Shown piece after piece: positions 16,862-25,098 of a stretch of 32,000 bases of DNA (the first letter of the stretch is position 1; every line of letters begins with the position of its first letter). The notes under the pieces are model-generated. The model made no database searches. It saw only the letters and a list, made by a program, of their open reading frames with translations, and had not been told where the DNA came from. The position numbers were made by a program, and so were the translations under genes. Location: positions 630,001 through 662,000 of the forward strand of contig NZ_CP146064.1 of the NCBI RefSeq assembly GCF_037013405.1. Reading direction: 5' to 3'. The stretch comes from Candidatus Nanosynbacter sp. BB002. Its GTDB lineage: Bacteria; Patescibacteriota; Saccharimonadia; Saccharimonadales; Saccharimonadaceae.

Positions 16862-17418
16862 TAAACCTATTACCTCAGGACGAAAAACGTCAAATCATCG
16901 CCGGGCAAACCAACAGACTGTTGGCGCGCTACTGCATCATTTCATTGGCACTGGCAGCACTACTGTTCATCTATATCGGCATATCCTACTTCATTTTGCT
17001 GAAATCCAAGTCAGATGCTGAGCAAACCATTGCTGAAAGTAATCAACAATTGTCACAGTACAAAGAAGTCCAGCAACAAGCCAAGCAATTTTCAGACAAC
17101 CTCAAAGTCGCCAAATCCATCTTAGACAAAGAAGTGCCGTACTCAAAAATCGCAGTCAAAATAGCCCAGGCACTACCAAAAAACATCGTCCTACAATCTT
17201 TGGATCTGGACGCAACCACCTTTGGTAAACCAATCAGCCTTACTACAAAAGGCAAAAGTTACAGTGACGCTCTGGAGCTAAAAACCGCCCTAGAGAACAA
17301 GAAAGACGTCTTCCAAAACGTCCATCTAGTGTCAGTAACTGCCAATGAAGCAAAGGACGGCTATCCAATGTCAATCGTCATCAGCGTTGTTATTCGCCCG
17401 GAGGTGATAAAATCATGA
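16858..17418 (+). CDS. pilN: Type IV pilus assembly protein PilN-like
   Basis: MINLLPQDEKRQ N-terminus, a single TM helix, then a coiled coil. AAGGAGA SD and a 4-nt overlap with pilM. Confidence 0.7.
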   Translation: MINLLPQDEKRQIIAGQTNRLLARYCIISLALAALLFIYIGISYFILLKSKSDAEQTIAESNQQLSQYKEVQQQAKQFSDNLKVAKSILDKEVPYSKIAVKIAQALPKNIVLQSLDLDATTFGKPISLTTKGKSYSDALELKTALENKKDVFQNVHLVSVTANEAKDGYPMSIVISVVIRPEVIKS

Positions 17419-18029
17419 ATATACAAAAACTTCAACTAAACGCAACATTAGCTCGCATTTTATTGTCATTAGCCCTCGTCTTGATATTGCTTGTCATGAC
17501 CGCTGGGTTCTACATGGCGTACAATTTCATGAAAGATTCAGCTCAACAAGTCGCCAGCGTGCAAGCTGATGCGAAAGCTGCTGACAAAAAATTACAAGAC
17601 GTTAGATCACTCTCGAGCAAACTGGAAAAATATCAAGACAGCGTCAAAAAGGCAGAGAAAATTGTTGCCGAATCTACCAGTTACAAGTATCAAAACCAGA
17701 TCATCAACGATATAACCGCCTATGCACGACAGGCCGGTGTTGGTATTTCATCATTTACCTTTCAAGATGATAGCGCAGCTTCAAGTGGCAAAAGCAGCTC
17801 ATCAACAGCCGCTAAAACGCCAACTGCACCAAGCCCATCTGGCGCTAAGAGTACGTCAGTCTCTATCCAAATGAGCAAAGACCTCGACTACGTGCGTTTC
17901 CTGCAGTTCTTGCACCTACTAGAGCAAAACCTAACCCGCATGCAAGTAGCAAACATATCCCTCGCTAAAGGAGATAGTCCTCAACATGTTGAATCACAAG
18001 CATTAAAATTGGAGCTTTACTTACGATGA
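17415..18029 (+). CDS. PilO-like bitopic pilus alignment protein with Ser/Ala/Thr/Pro-rich insert
   Basis: A single TM helix and a coiled coil (KKLQDVRSLSSKLEKYQDSVKKAEK), at the position after pilN. GGAGGTGA SD and a 4-nt overlap. Confidence 0.5.
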   Translation: MNIQKLQLNATLARILLSLALVLILLVMTAGFYMAYNFMKDSAQQVASVQADAKAADKKLQDVRSLSSKLEKYQDSVKKAEKIVAESTSYKYQNQIINDITAYARQAGVGISSFTFQDDSAASSGKSSSSTAAKTPTAPSPSGAKSTSVSIQMSKDLDYVRFLQFLHLLEQNLTRMQVANISLAKGDSPQHVESQALKLELYLR

Positions 18030-18313
18030 ACAACTCACCATCTGTTGGACAATTAGGCATAATCCTGGCACGATTCCTGCACCGCTATCACATCACGTTG
18101 TATACCATGACCATCGTGATTGCAGTTTCAGTAGCCATATTCCTGATCAGCAGTGTCACCAGCTCCGGTGACGATGTTGATGCAAAAGTTGTAGAGACTA
18201 CCAAGTTTGACACCAATACTATCGATCGCATCAAAGAATATAACAGCTCATCACAAGCAGCAAAGCCATTCTCTCTGCCGGGCAGCGGAAGAATTAACCC
18301 ATTTGTCGAGTAA
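18026..18313 (+). CDS. Small bitopic membrane protein in the pilus operon (95 aa)
   Basis: One TM helix (ITLYTMTIVIAVSVAIFLISSV). 4-nt overlap with the pilO-like gene. No family recognised. Confidence 0.5.
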   Translation: MNNSPSVGQLGIILARFLHRYHITLYTMTIVIAVSVAIFLISSVTSSGDDVDAKVVETTKFDTNTIDRIKEYNSSSQAAKPFSLPGSGRINPFVE

Positions 18314-18318
18314 GGTAG

Positions 18319-18324
18319 TATAAT
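18319..18324 (+). promoter_or_regulatory. TATAAT box 9 nt upstream of ATG 18334
   Basis: Plus strand reads GGTAGTATAAT-agatactgt-ATG with no SD. Confidence 0.45.
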
Positions 18325-18333
18325 AGATACTGT

Positions 18334-18897
18334 ATGTTAATTTCAGCCAGCAGATTTATGAACACTCCGGTGATGAGCCTCCAGACAGGTGCGGAGTTAG
18401 GCAGGACTGCTCGCGAAATAATCGATCCGCGTAACTTATCAATCGTTGCCTATGAGCTGGAAGGTCCGCTTCTCGACCAGCGCCCAACGCTGCTTAGGCT
18501 GGACGATGTGCGAGAGATCGGCCCACTCGGTATGATCATCGACTCGGCTGATGAGCTCGTCGGCGTTTCAGACGTTATAGAACTACAAAAGATTTACGAA
18601 TATAAATTCGTTTTGATGGGCAAACATGTCGTAGAAAAAGACGGTCGTAAAGTCGGTAAGGTCATTGGCTACACCGTGATGGCCGGCAGCTTTCTCATTC
18701 AGCAGCTTAGCGTGAAGCGTCCGCTGCTTCGCAGTTTTGGCGATACCGAAATGCTCATTCATCGCTCACAAATCGTCAAAGTGACCGACGATCAGATAGT
18801 CGTAAAATCAGCAACTGTTCCACGTCAAGAACAGCACGTCGAGAAGCCGGTTTTACAGGCATACGAAAATCCTTTCCGCAAAAAGCAGGCGTCGTAA
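18334..18897 (+). CDS. Tandem PRC-barrel-like domain protein
   Basis: Two segments resemble the PRC-barrel pattern: PVMSLQTGAELGRTAREIIDPRNLSIVAYEL and VVEKDGRKVGKVIGYTVMAGSFLIQQLSV. Recognised by pattern only. Confidence 0.5.
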   Translation: MLISASRFMNTPVMSLQTGAELGRTAREIIDPRNLSIVAYELEGPLLDQRPTLLRLDDVREIGPLGMIIDSADELVGVSDVIELQKIYEYKFVLMGKHVVEKDGRKVGKVIGYTVMAGSFLIQQLSVKRPLLRSFGDTEMLIHRSQIVKVTDDQIVVKSATVPRQEQHVEKPVLQAYENPFRKKQAS

Positions 18898-18901
18898 AGC
18901 C

Positions 18902-19561
18902 TCAGCTATTTACTTCCTCAACATCATTCAAAGTAGAAACCACGTCGTCATAGGAAAAGCCTTGACGCACCAGATACTGCACGAACTTTTGTCTATCACC
19001 CGCATATCGACGGTGCTTTTTGGCGATAACTTTCCTCAGCTCCTGCTCGTCCGTACGGTCAGTTTTTTCAAGCGTTTGCGCGATAATGTCTGCGTGAACA
19101 CCCTTTGAACGCAGCTCAGCCGTTAGCTTACGTCGACTTACGCCTTTACTAAGCTGACGATTTTCCACCCACCACCGCGCGAACGCTTCATCATCAACAT
19201 ACGCTTTCTGCTGGAGTTTACTCAGCACTCGCGACGCCACCCGCTCTGAATAGACCACAGGATTGTTCATACCAGTCTGTCCCTTACGAAGCGTTGGCTG
19301 GGTTTTTCGCCATAGATAATCCCTGACTTCCTTAACTGAATGTGGTCGCCGCAAGCAATATTCAAGTGCTCGCATATACAACTTGCCAAATTGGCTCTCT
19401 TCTTGCAGCTCTTCCAACTCCCCATCACTCAATTCACGGCCAACCTTAAGATTTAAGTCAGTCACCTGAGCGATATCCAAACTGAAGCTGTATACGCCAT
19501 CAACACTCACATTAACGCGGTTGTTATCGCGAGCCTGAAGCGAGATATCAGTGATTTTCAT
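18902..19561 (-). CDS. recX: RecA regulator RecX
   Basis: Three-repeat helical protein with typical RecX strings (RALEYCLRRPHSVKEVRDYL, KAYVDDEAFARWWVENR, RYAGDRQKFVQYLVRQGFSYDDV), located downstream of recA. Confidence 0.85.
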   Translation of the reverse strand: MKITDISLQARDNNRVNVSVDGVYSFSLDIAQVTDLNLKVGRELSDGELEELQEESQFGKLYMRALEYCLRRPHSVKEVRDYLWRKTQPTLRKGQTGMNNPVVYSERVASRVLSKLQQKAYVDDEAFARWWVENRQLSKGVSRRKLTAELRSKGVHADIIAQTLEKTDRTDEQELRKVIAKKHRRYAGDRQKFVQYLVRQGFSYDDVVSTLNDVEEVNS

Positions 19562-19567
19562 AAAAAT

Positions 19568-19573
19568 ATTATA
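19568..19573 (-). promoter_or_regulatory. TATAAT box 6 nt upstream of the recX ATG
   Basis: Minus strand reads CGTTATAAT-attttt-ATG. Confidence 0.5.
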
Positions 19574-19606
19574 ACGCGAAAACAGTGATCTCGCTACTGG
19601 CAGAGG

Positions 19607-20131
19607 TTACTCGACTACCTCGACCACCTTGCCATGCACGCCGTTGTAGCAAGCAGCAGCACGCGGCTCGGTGATGACCGGTAGTTGCCCTGGAATAGCG
19701 CTCATATTAACGTCGTCAAGCGTACCGGCCTCGACGCAACCAAGCGTGATGTGCGGGCGGAAGCCATCGACATCCAGCCCCGGATGAATACCATCCAGTG
19801 CCGCGAGTAATTGCTGACGCGCCTCAACCATCCAGGCAGTTTTCTGCGTGCGTAGCTCAACCCAAACACAGTTACCAGCCTTGTCTGGCAGGAAGTTAAC
19901 ACCATCAAGCGCCAACCTCCCGAGGACCGGTAGCGCCACAGCGGCCGACTTGAGGCGTGGCATATCCTGCTCAGTCACGTTAATCAATGTCACGTGTGGG
20001 ATAAACTCACCAAAATCAAGGTTCATTGTTTCTGACAGCTCGCGAAGATACGCATTCTGCTTATCATCAAAGACGAGGCTGACTGACGCCATATGTTTTT
20101 CGACTGGATATGCAGCATCTGCTGCGCGCAT
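19607..20131 (-). CDS. 2H phosphoesterase superfamily protein (LigT/ThpR-like 2'-5' RNA ligase / cyclic phosphodiesterase)
   Basis: Two H-x-T-x motifs at the expected spacing (IPHVTLINV and RPHITLGCV) in 174 aa. AAGGAG SD. The ATG shares 1 nt with the recA stop (TAATG). Confidence 0.7.
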   Translation of the reverse strand: MRAADAAYPVEKHMASVSLVFDDKQNAYLRELSETMNLDFGEFIPHVTLINVTEQDMPRLKSAAVALPVLGRLALDGVNFLPDKAGNCVWVELRTQKTAWMVEARQQLLAALDGIHPGLDVDGFRPHITLGCVEAGTLDDVNMSAIPGQLPVITEPRAAACYNGVHGKVVEVVE

Positions 20132-21186
20132 TAGTTTTCTCCTTCTTTTACTTTCTCGCGAACCTTCTGATCAATTTCTGCCAAAACCTCAGGGTTTTCT
20201 TTCAGATACAATTTAGTTTTGTCGCGACCCTGACCGATGGTCTCGCCGTTATATTTGTAAAAGGCGCCAGATTTTTCGACAATGCCGTGCGTGGCTGCCA
20301 AATCCAGAATATCGCCAGTTTTAGAGATGCCTTCGTTATACATAATGTCAAACTCAGCGATGCGGAATGGCGGCGCGATCTTATTTTTCACCACCTTGAT
20401 CTTGGTGCGGTTACCGAGGATATCATCGCCAACCTTGATCTGCCCGATGCGGCGAATATCCACCCGCTGCGAGGCGTAAAACTTCAGTGCGTTACCACCC
20501 GTCGTGGTCTCAGGATTGCCAAACATCACGCCAATCTTCATGCGAATCTGGTTGATGAAAATCACCGTGGCTTTCGACTTGTTGATGATACCAGTCAATT
20601 TACGCAGTGCTTGGCTCATCAACCGCGCTTGCAGCCCCATGTGCGAATCGCCCATATCGCCATCAATTTCCGCTTGCGGTGTCAGTGCTGCCACCGAGTC
20701 CACCACGATTAGGTCCACCGCATTTGAGCGCACCAAGGTTTCGGTAATTTCCAGCGCCTGCTCACCGTTGTCTGGCTGCGACACCAATAGGTTTTCGGTA
20801 TCCACACCCAACCGCTTGGCGTAGCTCGGGTCAAGCGCATGCTCAGCGTCGATGAACGCTGCCGTACCGCCCTGCTTTTGAATTTCGGCAATAGCGTGCA
20901 GCGTCAAGGTTGTCTTACCCGAACTTTCTGGGCCATAAATCTCAATGATGCGACCCTTCGGGTAACCGCCGCCTAGCGCCAAATCGAGGCTCAATGAACC
21001 CGACGGAATCACTTCAACATCGACTTTATGCGCCTCACCAAGCTTCATGATCGAACCATCACCAAACTGCTTGGTGATTTGATCCATCGCTAGGCCCAAG
21101 GCTTTCAATTTTCCATCATCAACCTTTTTCTCTGCCGCTACCGACTTTTCAGTTTTTACTGCCTTTTTCTCATCAGTCTTAGCCAT
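20131..21186 (-). CDS. recA: Recombinase RecA
   Basis: Walker [11 protein letters not shown], plus [17 protein letters not shown] and [16 protein letters not shown]. Start set at ATG 21186 behind an AAGGAGGGGG SD; the ORF is open to 21243. Confidence 0.95.
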   Translation of the reverse strand: MAKTDEKKAVKTEKSVAAEKKVDDGKLKALGLAMDQITKQFGDGSIMKLGEAHKVDVEVIPSGSLSLDLALGGGYPKGRIIEIYGPESSGKTTLTLHAIAEIQKQGGTAAFIDAEHALDPSYAKRLGVDTENLLVSQPDNGEQALEITETLVRSNAVDLIVVDSVAALTPQAEIDGDMGDSHMGLQARLMSQALRKLTGIINKSKATVIFINQIRMKIGVMFGNPETTTGGNALKFYASQRVDIRRIGQIKVGDDILGNRTKIKVVKNKIAPPFRIAEFDIMYNEGISKTGDILDLAATHGIVEKSGAFYKYNGETIGQGRDKTKLYLKENPEVLAEIDQKVREKVKEGEN

Positions 21187-21214
21187 GATATCCCCCTCCT
21201 TAATTGATACTTTT

Positions 21215-21222
21215 ATTATACA
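21215..21222 (-). promoter_or_regulatory. recA -10 box (TGTATAAT) giving a ~25-nt SD-containing leader
   Basis: Minus strand reads GAATGTATAAT-aaaagtatcaattAAGGAGGGGGatatc-ATG. Confidence 0.5.
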
Positions 21223-21247
21223 TTCTCTAGGGCTTAAGGCCAAATTT

Positions 21248-21256
21248 TGCTATAAT
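21248..21256 (+). promoter_or_regulatory. Extended -10 (TGcTATAAT) 8 nt upstream of the pilin ATG; leaderless-type promoter
   Basis: Plus strand reads TTTTGCTATAAT-agcggtat-ATG. Confidence 0.6.
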
Positions 21257-21264
21257 AGCGGTAT

Positions 21265-21657
21265 ATGAAAAAATGTTCTGGATTTACTGTTATTGAGTTA
21301 TTATTTGTCATCATCATGCTGACCGTTGGCTTGGGCGTTGCGGTGGTGCAGGTCGGAAAAGTAAAAAATGCTAGTGACGACAGCCACAAAAAAACAGCCA
21401 TCAATGCCATGTACTACAGCCTGGAAGAAAGCTTCTACAAACAGCACGGTTACTACCCAGAAACTTTGACTGACGACACCCTACCAACCATGGACAAAGC
21501 GCTACTCACCGATCCGAAAGGTAAAAAAATTGGCGATGCTAACAGCGCGTATCGGTACGAAACACAAAACTGCCAAGAAGGAAAATGCAAACACTTCACT
21601 TTGAGAGCAAAGCTGGTTAACGAGAGTGATTTCGTTAAAGAAAGTCGCAACAAATAG
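21265..21657 (+). CDS. Type IV pilin (small; candidate major pilin)
   Basis: MKKCSG|FTVIELLFVIIMLTVGLGVAVV prepilin motif. C-terminal Cys pair (QNCQEGKCKH) resembles a pilin disulfide loop. 130 aa. Confidence 0.8.
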   Translation: MKKCSGFTVIELLFVIIMLTVGLGVAVVQVGKVKNASDDSHKKTAINAMYYSLEESFYKQHGYYPETLTDDTLPTMDKALLTDPKGKKIGDANSAYRYETQNCQEGKCKHFTLRAKLVNESDFVKESRNK

Positions 21658-21672
21658 CTCAGTTACCAACTA

Positions 21673-22512
21673 CTAGTCATCAACCGGGCGGCCATTCTTA
21701 AAGGCTTCAATAGCGTTATTGACAATTCCGATTTGATGCTTTGGGTTTGCTACAAAATGGAAGATGTAGGTGGTTTCTTCACCCTCGGTACTCAGCCGGA
21801 TAGTTCCATAGTTAAAGATCATCTGTATAATGCCCGATTGACGAAAACTAGCATCTTCAATACTACCAAGGCTCACTGTTTGCTCATGGCGAGAAAACAA
21901 ACTTTCCTGGATTTCCTGAATCACGCTTTCATTGGTCATGTAAAATTGGTTTTGTAAATAAACCCAAAGTGCTACCGCTCCACCCAACGCCGCCAATATA
22001 GCGAACAAGGTCGCGATGCCAAACATAGCTGTCGGAGATGGTACTGGCAGTAAACTTCCGCCAGTGATCAGTGACGGATACAAAAAAGCAAAGCCAAATA
22101 TCACCATAATAATAATGGCCGTGATGGCAATTGGCGCAACAATACCGATGGGGTGACGCTTGATGTCCAAGATAACATATTCACCTTCGCTCAAATTAAG
22201 CTGTGGGTACTGTGCCACTGATTCTTCATGTTTGCGCTTTAATTCTTCACTAATGACCATCGGCTGCGGTTCAAGATTGCGTACCGTATGAACCACATCT
22301 GGTTCATTGGCATACTGGCTACGAATACGTGGATCAAAATTCTGCCCCTCCATTAATTCTGGAAGCACGGTCACATGAGACGGGCGCTGCGCAGTTGTTG
22401 ACTGCGACTCTTCAGGTTGCGCATCTTGGGGCGGATGATAATACAGTGGCCTACCCTCAACGTCATATGCGGCTGGCTGTGGATTATTCGACTGTTGATC
22501 CTTCGTATCCAT
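21673..22512 (-). CDS. Membrane protein with bacterial PH (YdbS/YdbT-like) domain
   Basis: Pro/Gln-rich N-terminus, then EGEYVILDIKRHP and two TM helices. C-terminal strings IQMIFNYGTIRLSTEGEE...FHFVANP are typical of the bPH_2 architecture. Confidence 0.65.
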   Translation of the reverse strand: MDTKDQQSNNPQPAAYDVEGRPLYYHPPQDAQPEESQSTTAQRPSHVTVLPELMEGQNFDPRIRSQYANEPDVVHTVRNLEPQPMVISEELKRKHEESVAQYPQLNLSEGEYVILDIKRHPIGIVAPIAITAIIIMVIFGFAFLYPSLITGGSLLPVPSPTAMFGIATLFAILAALGGAVALWVYLQNQFYMTNESVIQEIQESLFSRHEQTVSLGSIEDASFRQSGIIQMIFNYGTIRLSTEGEETTYIFHFVANPKHQIGIVNNAIEAFKNGRPVDD

Positions 22513-22518
22513 ATCTAC

Positions 22519-22527
22519 AGTTTATCA
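22519..22527 (-). promoter_or_regulatory. Extended -10-like box (TGaTAAACT) 6 nt upstream of ATG 22512; its TGA is the ruvB stop codon
   Basis: Minus strand reads TGATAAACT-gtagat-ATG. Confidence 0.45.
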
Positions 22528-23535
22528 TTTTTTAGGTTGATATCCCAAATGCGCCTGAGCACGCAGGGTGATGCGACGACCGCGCGGCGTACGTTCGATG
22601 AAGCCAATTTGCAGTAGATACGGCTCATAAAAATCTTCAATCGTCGTCGCTTCATCGCCAGTCAGAGCAGCTATCGTCGTTAACCCCACAGGATTATCAC
22701 CGTAATTTTCTAGGATTGATTGCAGTAAATTACGGTCAGCTGGATCCAAGCCCAGCTCGTCCACTTCCAACATTTCCAAAGCGCTCGTTGTCGTTTTTAC
22801 ATCAATTATCCCATCGCCGTTCACGTCGGCGTAGTCGCGTACGCGCTTGAGTAGACGGTTAGCGATACGCGGCGTCAGGCGAGCCCGCGTCGATAATAAG
22901 TTCGCTGCTTCATGCCGAATCGACGACTCCAGGATGGCTGCACTCCGCGTCACGATTTTCGCGATGTCCTCTGGCTCATAAAATTCCAATCGGTAAATAT
23001 GCCCAAATCGGTCGCGCAGCGGCGCCGCCAGACTACCCGTCCGCGTTGTCGCGCCGATGACCGTAAACCGCGGCAAATCCAGCCGAATCGACCGGGCTGC
23101 CGGACCTTTACCGATGACGATGTCTAGCTTGAAATCTTCCATGGCTGAATACAAAATCTCCTCCACCGCCCGACCGAGTCGATGGATCTCATCGATAAAC
23201 AAAATATCGCCGTCCGCTAAATTGGTCAAAATTGACGCCAAATCACCGGCCTTTTCAATGGCCGGGCCGCTAGTGATGCGCAAATTTGTGCCCATTTCAT
23301 TGGCGATCACCGTCGCCATAGTCGTCTTGCCCAGTCCTGGCGGGCCGTAGAGTAGTACATGATCCAGTGGCTCGCCGCGCTTCTTTGCCGCTTCAATTGC
23401 TAAGCGTAAATTACGCTTCAACCGCTCCTGCCCGACATACTCGCTAAAACTCTGCGGACGCAGACTGACTTCAATCCGCTGTTCCTCAGCGTCATCACTG
23501 TGCGAACTAGTATCAACTATTCTCTCAATTGCCAT
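22525..23535 (-). CDS. ruvB: Holliday junction branch migration ATPase RuvB
   Basis: [32 protein letters not shown] and a C-terminal winged helix. 336 aa. Confidence 0.95.
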   Translation of the reverse strand: MAIERIVDTSSHSDDAEEQRIEVSLRPQSFSEYVGQERLKRNLRLAIEAAKKRGEPLDHVLLYGPPGLGKTTMATVIANEMGTNLRITSGPAIEKAGDLASILTNLADGDILFIDEIHRLGRAVEEILYSAMEDFKLDIVIGKGPAARSIRLDLPRFTVIGATTRTGSLAAPLRDRFGHIYRLEFYEPEDIAKIVTRSAAILESSIRHEAANLLSTRARLTPRIANRLLKRVRDYADVNGDGIIDVKTTTSALEMLEVDELGLDPADRNLLQSILENYGDNPVGLTTIAALTGDEATTIEDFYEPYLLQIGFIERTPRGRRITLRAQAHLGYQPKK

Positions 23536-23541
23536 ATATTC

Positions 23542-23550
23542 ATTATATCA
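23542..23550 (-). promoter_or_regulatory. Extended -10 (TGaTATAAT) 6 nt upstream of the ruvB ATG; leaderless-type promoter
   Basis: Minus strand reads GGATGATATAAT-gaatat-ATG. Confidence 0.6.
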
Positions 23551-23566
23551 TCCACAGCGGACCGAG

Positions 23567-24052
23567 CTAATCTCTCGTAAGCCGACTACGTAGCGCCTGC
23601 ATAATTTTGTGAAACGTCTCGTCACTCACTATATGCACCGCATCCTCTAGGTGTCGTGGCCATTTCGGATCAGGAAATTCCTCGCCAGCAAAGGTAGCAC
23701 CACCAAGATAGCGCGGATGTAGATGCCAGTGCACGTGTGTTGGCCGGCCAGCCTTAACCGCATTATTCATCAGGCATTCCCAGTTACACACATCGGCGCC
23801 AAACGCTGCTTTGACTGCCTGCTCAATTTGACGAATCACCTGATGTAGCTCCATCCAATCTGCCTCGTCCAGATCCGACAACGTTTCCTTGTGCTGGCGC
23901 AGAGTGATAAATGACTTACCCAAATAGCACTGATTCTTGTCAAGCACCGCCACCCAACGTTCGGTTTGCAATATGACATTGTCATCAGCCGCCGTCTGAC
24001 CAACCAGCAGCGGACAGATTTCACATTCCTTCTGTATTGTGCATGTATTCAT
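23567..24052 (-). CDS. HIT (histidine triad) family nucleotide hydrolase/transferase
   Basis: Histidine triad HVHWHLHPR. 161 aa. AGGAGG SD 4 nt before the ATG. Confidence 0.8.
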   Translation of the reverse strand: MNTCTIQKECEICPLLVGQTAADDNVILQTERWVAVLDKNQCYLGKSFITLRQHKETLSDLDEADWMELHQVIRQIEQAVKAAFGADVCNWECLMNNAVKAGRPTHVHWHLHPRYLGGATFAGEEFPDPKWPRHLEDAVHIVSDETFHKIMQALRSRLTRD

Positions 24053-24069
24053 AATACCTCCTGGTATGG

Positions 24070-24078
24070 ATTATACCA
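24070..24078 (-). promoter_or_regulatory. Extended -10 (TGgTATAAT) for the HIT gene, embedded in a 7-bp inverted repeat (CTGGTAT-N5-ATACCAG, 24061..24079)
   Basis: Minus strand reads GCTGGTATAAT-ccataccAGGAGGtatt-ATG, giving a short SD-containing leader. Confidence 0.5.
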
Positions 24079-24100
24079 GCCATGCACTATTTATTCACAT

Positions 24101-25021
24101 TTACAAAGACACGCCTGAACTCGTAAGAACAGTTGTGCCAATATGGTACGGAGATGATACCTGCTTCTCCTGAGCCATTGGCCAATCCTGAAATATTTCT
24201 TGGCTCGGCTCATCCAGTTTTGGGTTAGTGATGAACTGTCTATTCTCGTCAATCTGGCGCACCATCTGCTCAATCACTTCTTCTGCAGCACCACACTTTC
24301 TCATATCATTTTCTAGATACTGCTGATAATATGGCAAAAATATACGCTGTAATTTTTGAAAGTCTCGCCACGACAACTTGTCACACTCTTCGACACGGAA
24401 TCTCATGGCATAATTCAAAAAATCTTGACCGCCTGACTGCCAGACATAACCAAGGTCGGCATGATGCAGTAATTTCGCCTCAATGCTATCACGGCAAATC
24501 TGTTCTTTTGGACCGATGATTGTGCCGATGATTGCACTTTTCATGAACTCATACTCAGCTGAGCCAGGTTCATAGTGTTCATCAAGAAATGAGACCGCAT
24601 AATGCTCTTTGGTAGCATAACCATCTGGTGGCGGGCCAGCCTCAAACCCAGCATCGTGCGCTGCTGCCGCCACCAACAACAGATCCTTTTGATCTGAATT
24701 CATCGGGATCACATCCGTCAGCGCACGTATTGAGCGCATCACGTCCACGCCATGTGCGGGCTGATGATATGGATAATTCGGGTAGGTAGTCAACAGCTCA
24801 GCTGATAGCTTAGCAAGAGAAGCTGCCTGTTCTTTGTTATCAAATAGTGCCGTGAGATTTTCCTGTGAGGTATATTGGTCCAGCACCTTTGCTGACACTG
24901 TCAATTCAGGATCGGTCACTGTTGGGTCTTCTTGGTTAGCACAGTTTCGTTGTTCCCATAACTTTTTGTCAAGAATTTTTTCGGTAATAGTTCTATTCAC
25001 AACCCTATTATTATATATCAT
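24101..25021 (-). CDS. HD-superfamily metal-dependent phosphohydrolase, unknown specificity
   Basis: Motif series YHQPAHGVDV ... VAAAAHDAGF ... LLHHADLGY (H, HD, D metal ligands). 306 aa. Looks somewhat AT-richer than its neighbours by eye. Confidence 0.6.
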   Translation of the reverse strand: MIYNNRVVNRTITEKILDKKLWEQRNCANQEDPTVTDPELTVSAKVLDQYTSQENLTALFDNKEQAASLAKLSAELLTTYPNYPYHQPAHGVDVMRSIRALTDVIPMNSDQKDLLLVAAAAHDAGFEAGPPPDGYATKEHYAVSFLDEHYEPGSAEYEFMKSAIIGTIIGPKEQICRDSIEAKLLHHADLGYVWQSGGQDFLNYAMRFRVEECDKLSWRDFQKLQRIFLPYYQQYLENDMRKCGAAEEVIEQMVRQIDENRQFITNPKLDEPSQEIFQDWPMAQEKQVSSPYHIGTTVLTSSGVSL

Positions 25022-25022
25022 T

Positions 25023-25045
25023 TGTACTATTTAGTCAATAGTACA
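25023..25045. promoter_or_regulatory. Perfect 9-bp inverted repeat TGTACTATT-N5-AATAGTACA abutting the HD gene start codon
   Basis: Arms at 25023..25031 and 25037..25045. On the minus strand the element ends 1 nt before the ATG at 25021. Candidate operator or translational hairpin. Confidence 0.4.
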
Positions 25046-25098
25046 GCGTCATGAACCCTGCAAGCGAGCTAGCCTGAACGGATATATTTCAACCCTTA

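Noticed and set aside
20110-20712. 200-aa plus-strand ORF, plus 65-106 aa neighbours at 20282..20824.
   Set aside because: It is entirely antisense to the highly conserved recA CDS. The translation is low-complexity and Arg/His-rich, and there is no promoter or SD context. This is a typical shadow ORF.
21187-21243. N-terminal extensions of the longest ORFs: recA to 21243, Clp-like to 5590, membrane ORF to 11907, tsaB to 12286, pilin to 1101, kinase-like to 29456.
   Set aside because: Downstream starts are supported by an SD, a -10 box, stop/start coupling to the upstream gene, or family-typical N-termini. The extensions would overlap upstream genes or promoters.
24101-25021. Calling the HD protein a eukaryote-type class I cyclic-nucleotide phosphodiesterase.
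   Set aside because: Only short metal-ligand motifs match. These motifs are shared by the whole HD superfamily, and the inter-motif spacing is much shorter than in PDE catalytic domains. It is kept as generic HD hydrolase.
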